Positions 29,414-40,070 of a stretch of DNA of 64,000 nt are shown here, piece by piece. Position numbers and translations under genes: made by a program. The notes under the pieces are model-generated. The model searched no databases and was not told the DNA's origin. It saw only the letters and a list, made by a program, of their open reading frames with translations. Source of the DNA: Candidatus Poribacteria bacterium (GTDB taxonomy: Bacteria > Poribacteria > WGA-4E > WGA-3G); NCBI GenBank assembly GCA_964291315.2, contig OZ219750.1, positions 128,001 to 192,000 on the forward strand, read 5' to 3'. Each line of letters begins with the position of its first letter. Within the stretch, counting starts at the first letter, position 1.

Positions 29414-31930
29414 TTAGAAACCTTGTTTAATACCCATAAATATCTGTCGCCTGGGTCCAATGAGGATGCCTGAGCTCAGATTCGCTTCGGGTTGCCCTGC
29501 GTTTGAATGTAGCCGTGACCCGATGTATACGTGATCCAAAATGTTTTTGGCGGTGAAAAACAGTTGCCATTGTTTGGCGAGTTTATAATTTATGCTTGCA
29601 TTGACGATTGTGTAACTCGGGATGGGCCCTGTATCTCCACGGTTGAAAGTCTGCTGCAGATTTTCAAAATCGGTAAAGACTTCATCAACAAAGCGCATAT
29701 CTGCTCGCATTTCGACAACATGCCCAAAGTCTTTTGTTAATCCGACTGTGAACGTGTGCCGCGGCGCGTAGGGCAATTCGTTACCCTCTAGTTCCACGTC
29801 AACGTTCCCGGCAATAGTAGCGGATTTCACAGTCCCGTCGACAATGTTTGTCTGGAGATATGTATATGAGAGGTTAAAGTCAGGGAGTATTGACACGAGT
29901 TCTGATATGCCTAATGTCATCGCAGTCTCTAGTCCCGAAAGATCCACTTTCCCTAAGTTTTTGAAAGCTGTACCGCGTCCGGCTGCGACTAAATCTTCGA
30001 CCTTGGTTAAGAATCCTGCGGTCTCTATACTGATTCCGGGGAACCATGAACGGAGTCCGAGTTCTATGTTCCAACTTTTTTCAGGTTTGAGGTCAAGTCC
30101 TCCGGTATTAACGTTCTGTCCGAAGTTAGTGATTTTCAAAGCTCCACTAGAGGGGGCTGTGTATCCGCGATGAACACCTCCGAATAGGTTGAATCGCCCG
30201 ACTTCGTAGTTTGCACCGATACCTGGCAAGATCACTGATGATACCTTGTCTGCAAGCACCGAACCACGTAATCTGTCCACTCGGTCTTGTTTAAATACCT
30301 CGAATCGTAGCCCTGGCGTAAGGGTCAGTCTTCTAAAATTTATCTGTTCTTTGGCATAGAGTGCCAATGCGATCGTTTCGTAGTGATGGCTTTGTCCAAC
30401 GAGTTGCACTGGATTTTCTGTGGAACCGGGGGTACCTGTGTAGTAAACGCCGTTTCGGGCGTCTGGTGCTTGTCCTGTTTTCTTGTCATCTATGAAGCGT
30501 TCCCAATGTATTCTCCCACCCATTTCGGCGCGCCCTAAATTTCCTGCGATTCTGTGGTCGAAGGTATAGCTCTGCTCAATTCCACCTACATAGAAGGTCC
30601 GGAGAATGCCGAAGTTGCTTTTTCCATTGCCCACTCTTGCAAGGTCCCCTGTTTGGAAATAAGGAACCGGCTCTAAATTTCCGGTTTTGAGTGCGGTAGG
30701 GCGTACGAAGATATCGTCTTCACGCCACCAGCGTCGGTCGAATACGCTTGTGTACATCGTCGTATTGCTTACAAGGTTTGCTGAGACTTTGTTGGTATAG
30801 ATCAGATCAAGTGATGTCCGGAGTACCTTAAAGTTGTCATGTTCTTTCGGATTGAAATTCGGATCGGTTTTGAAAGAGTACTCTGTTAGACCCGTATATG
30901 TTGCGTTCGAGTTTTCAAAATTACCGTTTAGCTTGAGATAAAGGCTCTTTTCCTCGCTCAGTTGAAAAAGCGTTTTGACGGTCCCATTCCATTGATTAAA
31001 TGTATTATTTTCTCTGAAGCCGTCTCCGTGTTTATAAAGGAGTTGGATGTCGGTTACGATCTTTTCTGGGTTTCCGATACCTTTCCACTCTGAAAAGGCA
31101 CTGTAGTAACCGTTGTTCCCTACTGTTAGTTGATTGTTTAGCCCTTTTGTCCCGCCCGGTTTTCGTGTTGTGTAGTTGACAACCCCACCCATCGTTTGTG
31201 GGCCGTATCGCAGTGCAGCACTACCTTTAATAACTTCAACAGCAGCAATGCGGTCTGCGGGTGGATTGTAGTACGCATTTGGATAGATATAGAGTGCGGG
31301 TTGTATGGGAACACCGTCTTCGAGTAGGAGAACACGGGCACTGCGGCGGGGATTCAATCCTCGGATGCCGATGCTCAAACGTGAGTTGCCGAAGCCGTCG
31401 TCTGCGTAACCGTTGATACCCGGAATTAATTCAAGTAACTCTTGTGTGCCGACAGGTTTTATAAGATCAACAGTTTCCTGTTTCAACATGCTCATTGTTC
31501 CAGTGAGTTTTCTGTACTTACGAGACGATTCACCGATGATTTCTATCGGGGCAAGCTCGAAAGTTGGAGCAGACAGCAAAACCTCCAAAATGTGTGTTGA
31601 ATCAGGGCGAAGCTCAAGCGTCTCTCTATATCGAGCATACCCGTTTGAAATTACTTGGAGCCGCGTTTCGCCTTCGGCAGCCTGAGTAAGTCGAAAACTG
31701 CCAGCTTTGTCTGTTGTTGTCTCCGCTAAAACTTGCCCGCTTGATTCAATCTGAACAGATGCTCCCCAAATTGGTTGTCCAGTCTCTCTATCAATCACTT
31801 TGCCGTTAATTTCAGTTGAACTTTGACAGAAATGTGGGGCACTTAATAGAAGCACTGATATAGTTATAGCAGTGAGTGTTCTAAATCTGATTTTTAGGAA
31901 TCTGCGAACTCTCTCGAAAAATTGATGCAT
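29414..31930 (-). CDS. FecA-like TonB-dependent receptor with N-terminal carboxypeptidase-regulatory-like domain
   Basis: 'IGIRGLNPRRSARVLLLEDGVP', 'RYGPQTMGGVVNY', terminal F. Confidence 0.88.
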   Translation of the reverse strand: MHQFFERVRRFLKIRFRTLTAITISVLLLSAPHFCQSSTEINGKVIDRETGQPIWGASVQIESSGQVLAETTTDKAGSFRLTQAAEGETRLQVISNGYARYRETLELRPDSTHILEVLLSAPTFELAPIEIIGESSRKYRKLTGTMSMLKQETVDLIKPVGTQELLELIPGINGYADDGFGNSRLSIGIRGLNPRRSARVLLLEDGVPIQPALYIYPNAYYNPPADRIAAVEVIKGSAALRYGPQTMGGVVNYTTRKPGGTKGLNNQLTVGNNGYYSAFSEWKGIGNPEKIVTDIQLLYKHGDGFRENNTFNQWNGTVKTLFQLSEEKSLYLKLNGNFENSNATYTGLTEYSFKTDPNFNPKEHDNFKVLRTSLDLIYTNKVSANLVSNTTMYTSVFDRRWWREDDIFVRPTALKTGNLEPVPYFQTGDLARVGNGKSNFGILRTFYVGGIEQSYTFDHRIAGNLGRAEMGGRIHWERFIDDKKTGQAPDARNGVYYTGTPGSTENPVQLVGQSHHYETIALALYAKEQINFRRLTLTPGLRFEVFKQDRVDRLRGSVLADKVSSVILPGIGANYEVGRFNLFGGVHRGYTAPSSGALKITNFGQNVNTGGLDLKPEKSWNIELGLRSWFPGISIETAGFLTKVEDLVAAGRGTAFKNLGKVDLSGLETAMTLGISELVSILPDFNLSYTYLQTNIVDGTVKSATIAGNVDVELEGNELPYAPRHTFTVGLTKDFGHVVEMRADMRFVDEVFTDFENLQQTFNRGDTGPIPSYTIVNASINYKLAKQWQLFFTAKNILDHVYIGSRLHSNAGQPEANLSSGILIGPRRQIFMGIKQGF

Positions 31931-31951
31931 AGATTCTATATTCCTGCGTTT

Positions 31952-32203
31952 TCAAAAGCATTTTGGATTAGCGGTACGAACGAAATTGTTATTATTCTTA
32001 CTATTTTGCTCACCTTTAGCCGGACTTCCCGCGTTCCCTGTTCCACTCACAGGTAGGTTTGTGTTACCGTAGCTACCGCCTTCTTCAGTGGTTTCAGATT
32101 GCGGGGCGAGTATCGGATCGCTTTCACAGCCAAACAAGATCAGCAAGCTTGCTATCATGCAGAGGAGCATAAAGGGTGTCGGTACGGTGGAGACTAGGTT
32201 CAT
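31952..32203 (-). CDS. Small lipoprotein of unknown function
   Basis: Lipobox LFGC; RBS GAGG; sits in the operon. Confidence 0.6.
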   Translation of the reverse strand: MNLVSTVPTPFMLLCMIASLLILFGCESDPILAPQSETTEEGGSYGNTNLPVSGTGNAGSPAKGEQNSKNNNNFVRTANPKCF

Positions 32204-32298
32204 TTTTAGATCCTCGATCTAGTACGCTTATACTTTGAAGTTGAGACTACTTTTCTATAGTGGTTTACACCGGCAGCTATCGGTGTAGATGTCGTCTG

Positions 32299-33714
32299 TT
32301 ACAGAGATTCTAGGAACGCGATAAGGGCATCCCGTTCTGTTTTTGACATCTGTTCAACGGCTTGCCTAGATGCTTCTGCTTCTCCGCCGTGCCAGAGAAT
32401 CGCTTCCATTAAGTTTCGGGCTCTGCCGTCATGGAGGAAGTTGTTATGGCCATTGACTCTTTTTACGAGTCCGATTCCCCAGAGCGGCGGTGTGCGCCAT
32501 TCGTTACCGTCGGCATGAAAATCGGGACGGTTGTCGGCTAATTCAGGTCCCATGTCATGCAACAACATATCTGTATACGGGTGGATTGTCTGATTGCTGA
32601 CCGAGGGGACCCCCGCTAAGACTCCAGTTCTGAATGTGGGTACATGACAGCTGGCGCATTGTGCTTTGGCAAAAAGCTGTTCGCCGTGCTGTACCTGTGG
32701 GTCATCCATGTTGCGTCTTGCAGGCACTGCCAACGTTTGAACGTAGAACGTTACGACTTCTAATATCTCGTCGCTGACCTCTGGTGTTGCACTGTGTGTC
32801 GTGAGTTGCGGTTGTCCCGCGGAATTCTCGATTGAGAAAAGAGAGGTAGTTATCCCCATATCGTCGTGATATGCGGCTGCGACTTGCTGGAGAAGTGTGG
32901 GTTGGTTGGCTTTCCATCCGAAGCGTCCGAGAGCGTAACTTTGCTTAACGACATCCCAGACATAATTGGGTTTGCCTGAAATGCCGTCGGCATTAATATC
33001 GGCTTCGTCTGCGTATGCAAGGATCGCTTCCTCAGGGATTGCTTCGAGTAAGCCGAGTCCGAAGACGGCTGGTGCGACGCGCGGTGAGATTTCCACGTTT
33101 TCTGGAAGCGGCTGATACGTTTCCGTGATGGTATAGTTGGGGTAGCGTAGATACACACGCGTTCCGTCGGTCGTTGTTAGTGCTTGCTCGGTATAGTTAA
33201 TCTCGACTTTCCCCTCCGGGTTTACGTTAACAATGGCGCGGTTGTTGAGTTGTGTCCCGAAACCGGGCACCGGTGTTGGTGGTGTTCCGTCTGCTGAATT
33301 CTGGGCGTTTAGAAGACTGATCCTGAAAAGCAATGATACCAGACCTTCGTCGGAACCGGGGGGTCGCCCGCGGCCATCCCGGGAGTGGCAATTAATACAG
33401 GAAACGTTATTGTAGATGGGGCCGAGTCCAGGGTTTACCACGGCAGGTGCTGTGACGAAAACGGCTTCAAATTCAACATCACCTTCTAGATGTTTTTCAA
33501 GGGCTGCTGTGGAAAGATTCGGAGCGGGGATCGAGAAGGCGTGACTTGAGGCATCAAAAATGGTTGTCTCTCCGCCGGAAAATTCGTTTGTCCGAGATAC
33601 CGGTCTTGATTCTACTGCTATAGGAGACTCAGAGTCGCAAGCGCTTAGCAGTATTAATAGTAAAAGAGGGAAGGGCAGTGATCTCTGAAAAAGTTTCATT
33701 TTTTTCCCATTCAT
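32299..33714 (-). CDS. Di-heme oxidoreductase family (DHOR/DUF1111) lipoprotein
   Basis: Two CxxCH motifs (CINCH, CASCH); 'GLGPIYN', 'GRFGWKA', 'WRTPPLWGIG', 'LHDGRAR'. Confidence 0.9.
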   Translation of the reverse strand: MNGKKMKLFQRSLPFPLLLLILLSACDSESPIAVESRPVSRTNEFSGGETTIFDASSHAFSIPAPNLSTAALEKHLEGDVEFEAVFVTAPAVVNPGLGPIYNNVSCINCHSRDGRGRPPGSDEGLVSLLFRISLLNAQNSADGTPPTPVPGFGTQLNNRAIVNVNPEGKVEINYTEQALTTTDGTRVYLRYPNYTITETYQPLPENVEISPRVAPAVFGLGLLEAIPEEAILAYADEADINADGISGKPNYVWDVVKQSYALGRFGWKANQPTLLQQVAAAYHDDMGITTSLFSIENSAGQPQLTTHSATPEVSDEILEVVTFYVQTLAVPARRNMDDPQVQHGEQLFAKAQCASCHVPTFRTGVLAGVPSVSNQTIHPYTDMLLHDMGPELADNRPDFHADGNEWRTPPLWGIGLVKRVNGHNNFLHDGRARNLMEAILWHGGEAEASRQAVEQMSKTERDALIAFLESL

Positions 33715-33838
33715 ATCATATGAAGATGTGGCTATAGAGATGTGGTAAGGGAACAGCGCAAGCGGCTGTTCCCTGTAAAGACGAAATAGCCCTTTCGAAT
33801 TTACGTCGTTTGAAATTGGCTCTCTTTTTTAACATATA

Positions 33839-34930
33839 TTAGTTAAACTCACTCGCCTGAATGAGAGGGAGTATGTCTTGTTCAAGTGTCTGTTGAACCT
33901 TACTGACTGCATCTATAGCGGCTTGGACAGCGGCGCGGTTAGCGGTAATTGAGTCTCGGAACGGGTCTGGAATTTCGCCGATAGCGTCAATTGCTGCCTG
34001 TATTTCTGATTGGAATCGGGAATCTAACTGGGGATCCGTGCTGCTCACAAAATCGTTAAGCCCTTGTCCTTCAGTCATGTATTTTCCCATGTAGACGTTC
34101 TGGATTCCTCGGATATTGTCTTGGAAATCCGAGATGGAGTTGAAGCTAAACTGGGATTCAACGAGAGTTGTATCTGATTCGTTGTAAGGGTCAGATATTT
34201 TACCGTTGGCGACCTCGTCTGCGATGGTTATCATGCCGTTAATCATCTCTTGTACCGCTGCGCTTTGCGAGGGATAGATGGCACTTCCTTTTCCGGCTTG
34301 TGCAACTGCGCTGCTAAAATTTTCACCTTCGGGGGCCCAGGCCAAACGTAGCTGTGAGGTGCTTGCCTTAAGGTTTTCTGTGGTTGCAACGAGGTATTCC
34401 AATTCGCGTGGGGTTATATCGGATGCCTTACGTTGGTTGCCATCACGGAAGAGCAAAAATTCGATAGTGTGAAACCCTTTCTGTGTATCTTCTAAGCCGC
34501 TGACAAATTCGACTGTCAATGCGTCATTACTATCCAAAACAGATTGCAGGTTGACGTGATCAACGGGCCAGCTATCTAAAGCTGGGTCGAGCCCTTGTGT
34601 ATCAACAGGTCCGAACAGGAAAGCTTCGCTCTGTTCCCAAGGTGTTCGTGTGGCTTTCCACGCCTGTTGTGCGTTTTCAAGGTTCGTTTGCGTTGTATCT
34701 TTTTCTAGTGCTTTAACGGCAGCTAGCAGTTCGCCTGCTTTGTTATCGAGTTCGGTGTATGTAGTTAACACGACTGTATTCGCGAAGTTGTTGAGCATCG
34801 TGCTTGCATCAAAAGCTGCAGCTTGCGAATCGTCGGGGGAGTCTGTTTCATCGTCACTGCCACACCCGATAACAAAGGCAGATGTGAGGAGTAGAAAACA
34901 GAAGAGTGTCCAAACTTTATAGCGTGTCAT
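33839..34930 (-). CDS. Imelysin-family iron-regulated lipoprotein (IrpA/LruB-like)
   Basis: Lipobox; 'WEQSEAFLFGP', 'LDSWP', GFHTIE (GxHxxE), 'ESQFSFNS'. Confidence 0.9.
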   Translation of the reverse strand: MTRYKVWTLFCFLLLTSAFVIGCGSDDETDSPDDSQAAAFDASTMLNNFANTVVLTTYTELDNKAGELLAAVKALEKDTTQTNLENAQQAWKATRTPWEQSEAFLFGPVDTQGLDPALDSWPVDHVNLQSVLDSNDALTVEFVSGLEDTQKGFHTIEFLLFRDGNQRKASDITPRELEYLVATTENLKASTSQLRLAWAPEGENFSSAVAQAGKGSAIYPSQSAAVQEMINGMITIADEVANGKISDPYNESDTTLVESQFSFNSISDFQDNIRGIQNVYMGKYMTEGQGLNDFVSSTDPQLDSRFQSEIQAAIDAIGEIPDPFRDSITANRAAVQAAIDAVSKVQQTLEQDILPLIQASEFN

Positions 34931-35047
34931 AAAAATCTCCGTGTTATATAAGTTGTAGGTTATCAGTATTCAGTTAGGAGGTGCCTTTGGTTACGGGCAA
35001 CTCTCTTTTTATTTTTAGATTATCGAAGACTGATGCTTAACTTTCCT

Positions 35048-36295
35048 TTAATATTGGAAGCCGAAACCGAGTGAAAAGGTATTTTCCCTATTTTTATCCT
35101 TTGTTGCTAACCTTCGGAGGGAGTAATGGCTCTTAAACACCAGCTGTGGGTGAGCGTGGTAGTTAATTCCGAAGGTCCATGTACTTCTCTCCCACCGCGG
35201 ATTGTCAAAGATAATTCCTTCAACGCTCGCCATTGTATCGTAAAAATCGTAGCGTGCGAAAATATCTAAGACGGTATCTGTAGGCGTATCCTTTAGCGCG
35301 CGTTGTTCCGCGCTGTTTTTGGATCGCTTGAAAAACGACAGGATATCGTAACCTGCCTCAACGTACCAACCTAATGCTGAACTTCCTATGGGTGTACGCT
35401 TCACGTTGAGATTGTTGGAGAGGGTCCGGTTGACCTTAGACAAGCGGTCTGCGTTCTCGAGCGTTCCCCAGAGGAACAATCCGCGTACCTTCACAGCGTT
35501 GATCTCATAAAAGCCGTGAAGGCTCAGAATCCCGACGTGTGCATTGAAGTCTACGTCAGGTTTGGGTCGGTGCGGTGCGGTGTCTCCATAGTAACCTGAG
35601 ATACCGAGGGTTGCGTTTTGATGAAGTGCGTAGTCCAGTCGTCCGACAAATGCGGGTGCCTCGGCGTTAGCCGTTTCAAACCGCAGTTGGTGTCCAGGGA
35701 CGATCCAGTGTCGCGAGCTGAAACCAGTTGAATCTAATCCGTTAACGATTTGGCATTGATAATTCAGTGCCCCGAGTGAGCCGAAAAGTTCGATGCCTGT
35801 TTCGTGCCAGATTGTTGGGATGAGATGTACCTCTGCTTCGGGGCGTGTGGTGGTAAAGTAGTGTTGCGGTCGATGCCGTTTCGCAACGAGCCCGACAGGA
35901 ACAATGATGTGTCCAACGCGGAGGTTAAAGAGGGATTGGAAGGAGAAGACAGCTGCGAGTTTTTCGACGATCACCTCGCCACCTTTTTCGATTTCTGTCT
36001 CAAATTCTCCAAACTCTTCAAACTTGTCGAATTCCATTGTGCTGCCGGTACCGCCATGCTCAAATTCAAGTTCCGCTTCGAGGGAAATAGTATCGTTGAT
36101 ACGGTACTTGGGTGCGATGACAAAACGTTCCACGTCAACAGCTGCGCGTCTGCTTGGGTCAAGTTCCCAATCGAAATGTGAATAGTTAATCACGCCGTAG
36201 CCTGAGACCGAGAATGGATTCGGTTCAGCAATAGCATTGATATTTAGTAAAATGAACATTCCCCAAACGGTGGGGAAAACTAGGTGTTTCTTCAT
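35048..36295 (-). CDS. Outer-membrane porin associated with imelysin/DHOR
   Basis: Signal peptide; 'SGYGVINY', 'ELEFEHGG', 'IPTIWHETG'; terminal aromatic residue. Confidence 0.78.
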   Translation of the reverse strand: MKKHLVFPTVWGMFILLNINAIAEPNPFSVSGYGVINYSHFDWELDPSRRAAVDVERFVIAPKYRINDTISLEAELEFEHGGTGSTMEFDKFEEFGEFETEIEKGGEVIVEKLAAVFSFQSLFNLRVGHIIVPVGLVAKRHRPQHYFTTTRPEAEVHLIPTIWHETGIELFGSLGALNYQCQIVNGLDSTGFSSRHWIVPGHQLRFETANAEAPAFVGRLDYALHQNATLGISGYYGDTAPHRPKPDVDFNAHVGILSLHGFYEINAVKVRGLFLWGTLENADRLSKVNRTLSNNLNVKRTPIGSSALGWYVEAGYDILSFFKRSKNSAEQRALKDTPTDTVLDIFARYDFYDTMASVEGIIFDNPRWERSTWTFGINYHAHPQLVFKSHYSLRRLATKDKNRENTFSLGFGFQY

Positions 36296-36315
36296 AGATA
36301 TAGATTTTCTGTTAT

Positions 36316-36334
36316 GATATTGATACTCATTATC
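36316..36334. promoter_or_regulatory. Fur box
   Basis: GATATTGATACTCATTATC, 17/19 match. Confidence 0.8.
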
Positions 36335-36398
36335 ATATTACAATTCTTGAGTGTAGAGCAAAATTGTGAACGTTTAGCAGCGGATGCCTCAAAATATT

Positions 36399-36417
36399 GA
36401 TAATAGGTCTCATTATC
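36399..36417. promoter_or_regulatory. Fur box
   Basis: GATAATAGGTCTCATTATC, 14/19 match with palindromic ends. Confidence 0.65.
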
Positions 36418-36487
36418 TAATTATATTCACAGGTTTCTACGAATGCAAACTCGCAATCAATTGCAGATAGCTATGCAAATCACGTTA

Positions 36488-36516
36488 AGTATACCCACAA
36501 TTTTTGTAAATGTCAA
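36488..36516 (-). promoter_or_regulatory. Promoter of the porin-imelysin operon
   Basis: TTGACA-N17-TATACT. Confidence 0.65.
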
Positions 36517-36802
36517 ATAAATTTTAAAAAACATCAAATTTTTTGTCAAATCTAAAATAAAGGGCATTGTAGGTTCAATAAAACTTGCCATTGGGAATGA
36601 CCTATTTATCTGGTATTCTACGCGTTAGCTTTGAAATAAGTTGACACAGTGTTAAGGGGTACGTAACAGTCAATTGATGTTCTGTAGCTGATATATTAAT
36701 TTATAAAAGCGTGAGCTTCATAAATACCTCACTGTTTTCTTTCTTTAAAGAACCTTGTTTGGTATAATAACGTGAGTTTGAAAAAGATTAGGAAGCTCTT
36801 TT

Positions 36803-36858
36803 GTAGCATAACCTGCTAGGTTATGCCTCAGTGCTTGTAGCAGAGGCTGTGAGTCTGT
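36803..36858 (+). repeat. Two GTAG REP-like units upstream of the R-M gene
   Basis: GTAGCATAACCTGCTAGGTTATGC and GTAGCAGAGGCTGTGAGTCTGT. Confidence 0.65.
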
Positions 36859-36892
36859 CCTCTGTAGATGAACCTAATATTTGAGGAATGCA

Positions 36893-39800
36893 ATGTTAAA
36901 CCTAACGCCAGAATTGATTGATAATATAGAAAATATGGAGACGCTCTTAGCGTTTTTTCGTGACACTCTCGACTGGCCTATCCCCGAAGACGTGACGCTC
37001 GGCGAGATAGCTTTCCCGTGGTCGTCATCAGAGCTGGATCTTGATGAAACGGCTGAGGCACGAGTCGCTGACTGTCTGCAGCTGCCGCCGTTCGCGCGCG
37101 AGGCGTTGGGATTTTCTCCCGAGGTCGGCTCGCAGCCGTGGGGCATCTTCTTTGTTGAATTCAGCAGTGAGCGGGTGTATCGCACGGAGTTGCGGCGGGT
37201 TCTGCGAGGTCTGGTTGAAAGGCGCACCCGAGATGCGCATCTGCCTGCGTGGGAGCTGGATCATCTGCTGTTCATCTGCACGACTGCTGATTTTCAGCAG
37301 TTTGCGTTCGCCCACTTTTCAGGTGCGGGTGCGTCTTGGCAGGATGCGGTGCTGTCTATATTCTCGTGGGATCGCGGGGATACGCACCTTCGGACGCTGT
37401 GTGAATACAATCTGCCGGCTCTGGTGTTTCCAAGAGGCGGTTTTTCGTCGCCGCAAGCGTGGGTTGCTAAATGGCAGCGTGCGTTTGATGTAGAGGCTGT
37501 GACGGATCAGTTTTTCCGTGAGTATAAGAGCGTCTTTGCGTTGGTGGAGGCCTCGCTGTCAGGGATCCCAAAGGATGCGTCGGATGAGCGTCGTCTGTAT
37601 ACGCAGCGTCTGTTGAATCGTTTGATGTTTCTGCGTTTTCTTGAGAGAAAAGGTTGTTTGCGGTATGCGGGTCGCCGGGACTACTTGCGTGCGTTGTATG
37701 AGGCGTCGGTGGGGATAGAATCGTTGTCTGGCAGTGCGGCATCGCTAAGAAGCGGGGGGGGTAATCTCTGATAAGCATAAGCCACCTCACATAGAGAGCT
37801 TGCTCAACGACCGGCTCTATTACGTCTTCTTCCACGGTCTCAGCAATCCCGCCGGCCAGTCCGAAGCCGAAGCTGCCGCTGCTCGCAGTCGGCGCGGCGA
37901 TGTGCCGTTCCTCAACGGTGGACTCTTCGAGATGCAGCCGTATGATGAACAACACGCAGTGGATCTGCCGAACGACACCTTCGCTGACATCCTCAACCTC
38001 TTTGAACGTTATAACTTCACGATCACCGAATCGACGCCGCTAGACATAGAGGTTGCAGTAGACCCGGAGATGCTGGGTAAGGTGTTTGAGGAACTGGTGA
38101 CGGGCCGGCACGCCAGTGGGAGCTACTACACGCCGCGTGCGGTTGTCTCTTTCATGTGCAGGGAGAGCCTGAAGCTCTGCTTGCAGAAGCAGACAACGGA
38201 GAGCGCGGCGTGCCTGACACAGTTCGTAGACGGTGGCGATGCCACGGGCATTCGCGATTCAGAGGGCGTGTTAGCGGTGCTGCAGAACTTACGGGTGTGT
38301 GATCCTGCGTGTGGGAGCGGTGCGTATCTACTCGGGATGATGGGCGAACTGCTCCGCCTGCGCGATGCTCTGTTCCAAAGCGATCAGACCGATTCTGGCA
38401 CGGTGTATGAACGCAAGCTGGAGATTATCCGGAAGAACCTTTACGGCGTGGACAGAGACGACTTCGCTGTCAACATTGCGATGTTGCGCCTCTGGCTGAG
38501 CCTCACAGTAGACTATGAAGGCGATGTGCCGCAGCCGCTGCCGAACTTGGATTACAAAGTGGCGGTGGGAGACAGCCTGACCGGTGCAGCCCCGGAACAG
38601 ATGACGCTCGACAGGCCGTGGATCCAAAAGATACAAGAGAAACAAGCGGACTATCTCGTTACGCATGTCGATGCGAAAAAACAGGCACTCCGAGCGGAGA
38701 TCGCCGCACTCCGAGCGGATCTTCAAGGCTGGCGAGCGAGTGCTGATGAGTTTGTCTGGCAGGTTGAGTTTCCGGAGGTTTTTCAAGCGGGCGGCTTTGA
38801 CATTGTGATTGGCAACCCGCCTTATGTGCGACAAGAACTTATCAAAGCGATGAAGCCGACTTACAAGCGGCTATTCCCAGAGGTGTATGTCGGCACCGCA
38901 GACCTCTACGTCTATTTTTACAAGCGCGGCACGGAGCTGCTGCGGAGGCACGGCATCTTGGCGTATATCTCCTCAAACAAGTTTTTGCGGGCAGCGTATG
39001 GTAGAAAACTGCGCGCATTTTTCTCCGATGCCCAACGCATTCAGCGGCTGCTTGACTTCGGGAGTGTCGCTGTCTTCAAAGCGAGTGTGGATACCTGTAT
39101 CCTGATCCTTGAAAATGCCACATCAGACGGAGCGCCTTTTTCGGTGGCGACGTTTCGGGATGCCTCCGATGTGCTGCGGTTGTCTGCGGCGTTTCAGGAG
39201 CGGGCGTTTCGGCTGCACCCGCGTGATTTATCAGCGGAGGGCTGGACGTTGGCATCCCCCGAGACACTGCAGCTCCTGCGGAAACTCGAAACAACTGGCA
39301 CACCCCTCGGCGAATATGTGGATGGACTTTGGCGCGGGGTCGTAACAGGATATAACAAGGCATTTATCATCGATGCGGCTGTGCGGCAGCGGCTGATCTC
39401 CGAGGATCCGAAGAGCGATGAGCTCATAAAGCCTTTGCTCAGAGGGCGAGACCTTAGAAAGTGGCGGACGGATAGCACAGGGCAATATCTCATCTTCACA
39501 CGGCAGGGGGTTGAGATTGACCGATACCCAGCTGTCAAGAAACATCTGAGCCAATATAGAGAGGCACTTGAAAATAGGGCAGCAGGACCCTATCAGTGGT
39601 ATGAAATACAAGCGAATACCGCTTATTATGACAAGTTCGAAAAACCGAAGATTGTCTATCGAGACATAGAAAAAGTCTTTTCTGCTTGCTATGACACAAC
39701 GAAAGCATTCGGTTTAAACACAACCCACTTTATACCGACGCATGATCTCTCTTTGATCGCTACCTTAAACAGCACACTGTTTGATTGGTATGCACGCCAT

Positions 39801-40070
39801 AAATTCCAGAGCCTTAATGATCCTTGGATAGGTGGTGGTTTGCGTTTCTTTTCGCAATATATGGAGCAGGTTCCTATAGCAGATCGGACATCAACACAGA
39901 GAGCAGAAGTATCATGCCTTGTCGAGCAGATATTGGCAGATCCAGAGAGCGAGGGCGTGCGCGACATAGAGCGGGAGATAGACGTGTGGGTGTATCGGGT
40001 GTATGAGTTAACAGATGCGGAGATCGCGTTGATTGAGCAGACGTATCGTGAGGCGGGGATGGCGCGGTGA
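36893..40070 (+). pseudogene. Type IIG (Eco57I/TaqI-C-like) restriction-modification enzyme, frameshifted at a G8 tract
   Basis: ORF1 has 'FDVEAVTDQFF', 'QRLLNRLMFLRFLE'; ORF2 has 'PFLNGGLF', 'GSYYTP', 'DPACGSGAY', 'IGNPPYVRQE' and a TRD; G7 in place of G8 at 37754-37761 fuses the two. Confidence 0.85.

Noticed and set aside
32237-32255. Sixth Fur box (GAAGTTGAGACTACTTTTC) before the small lipoprotein
   Set aside because: Match to consensus too weak to call
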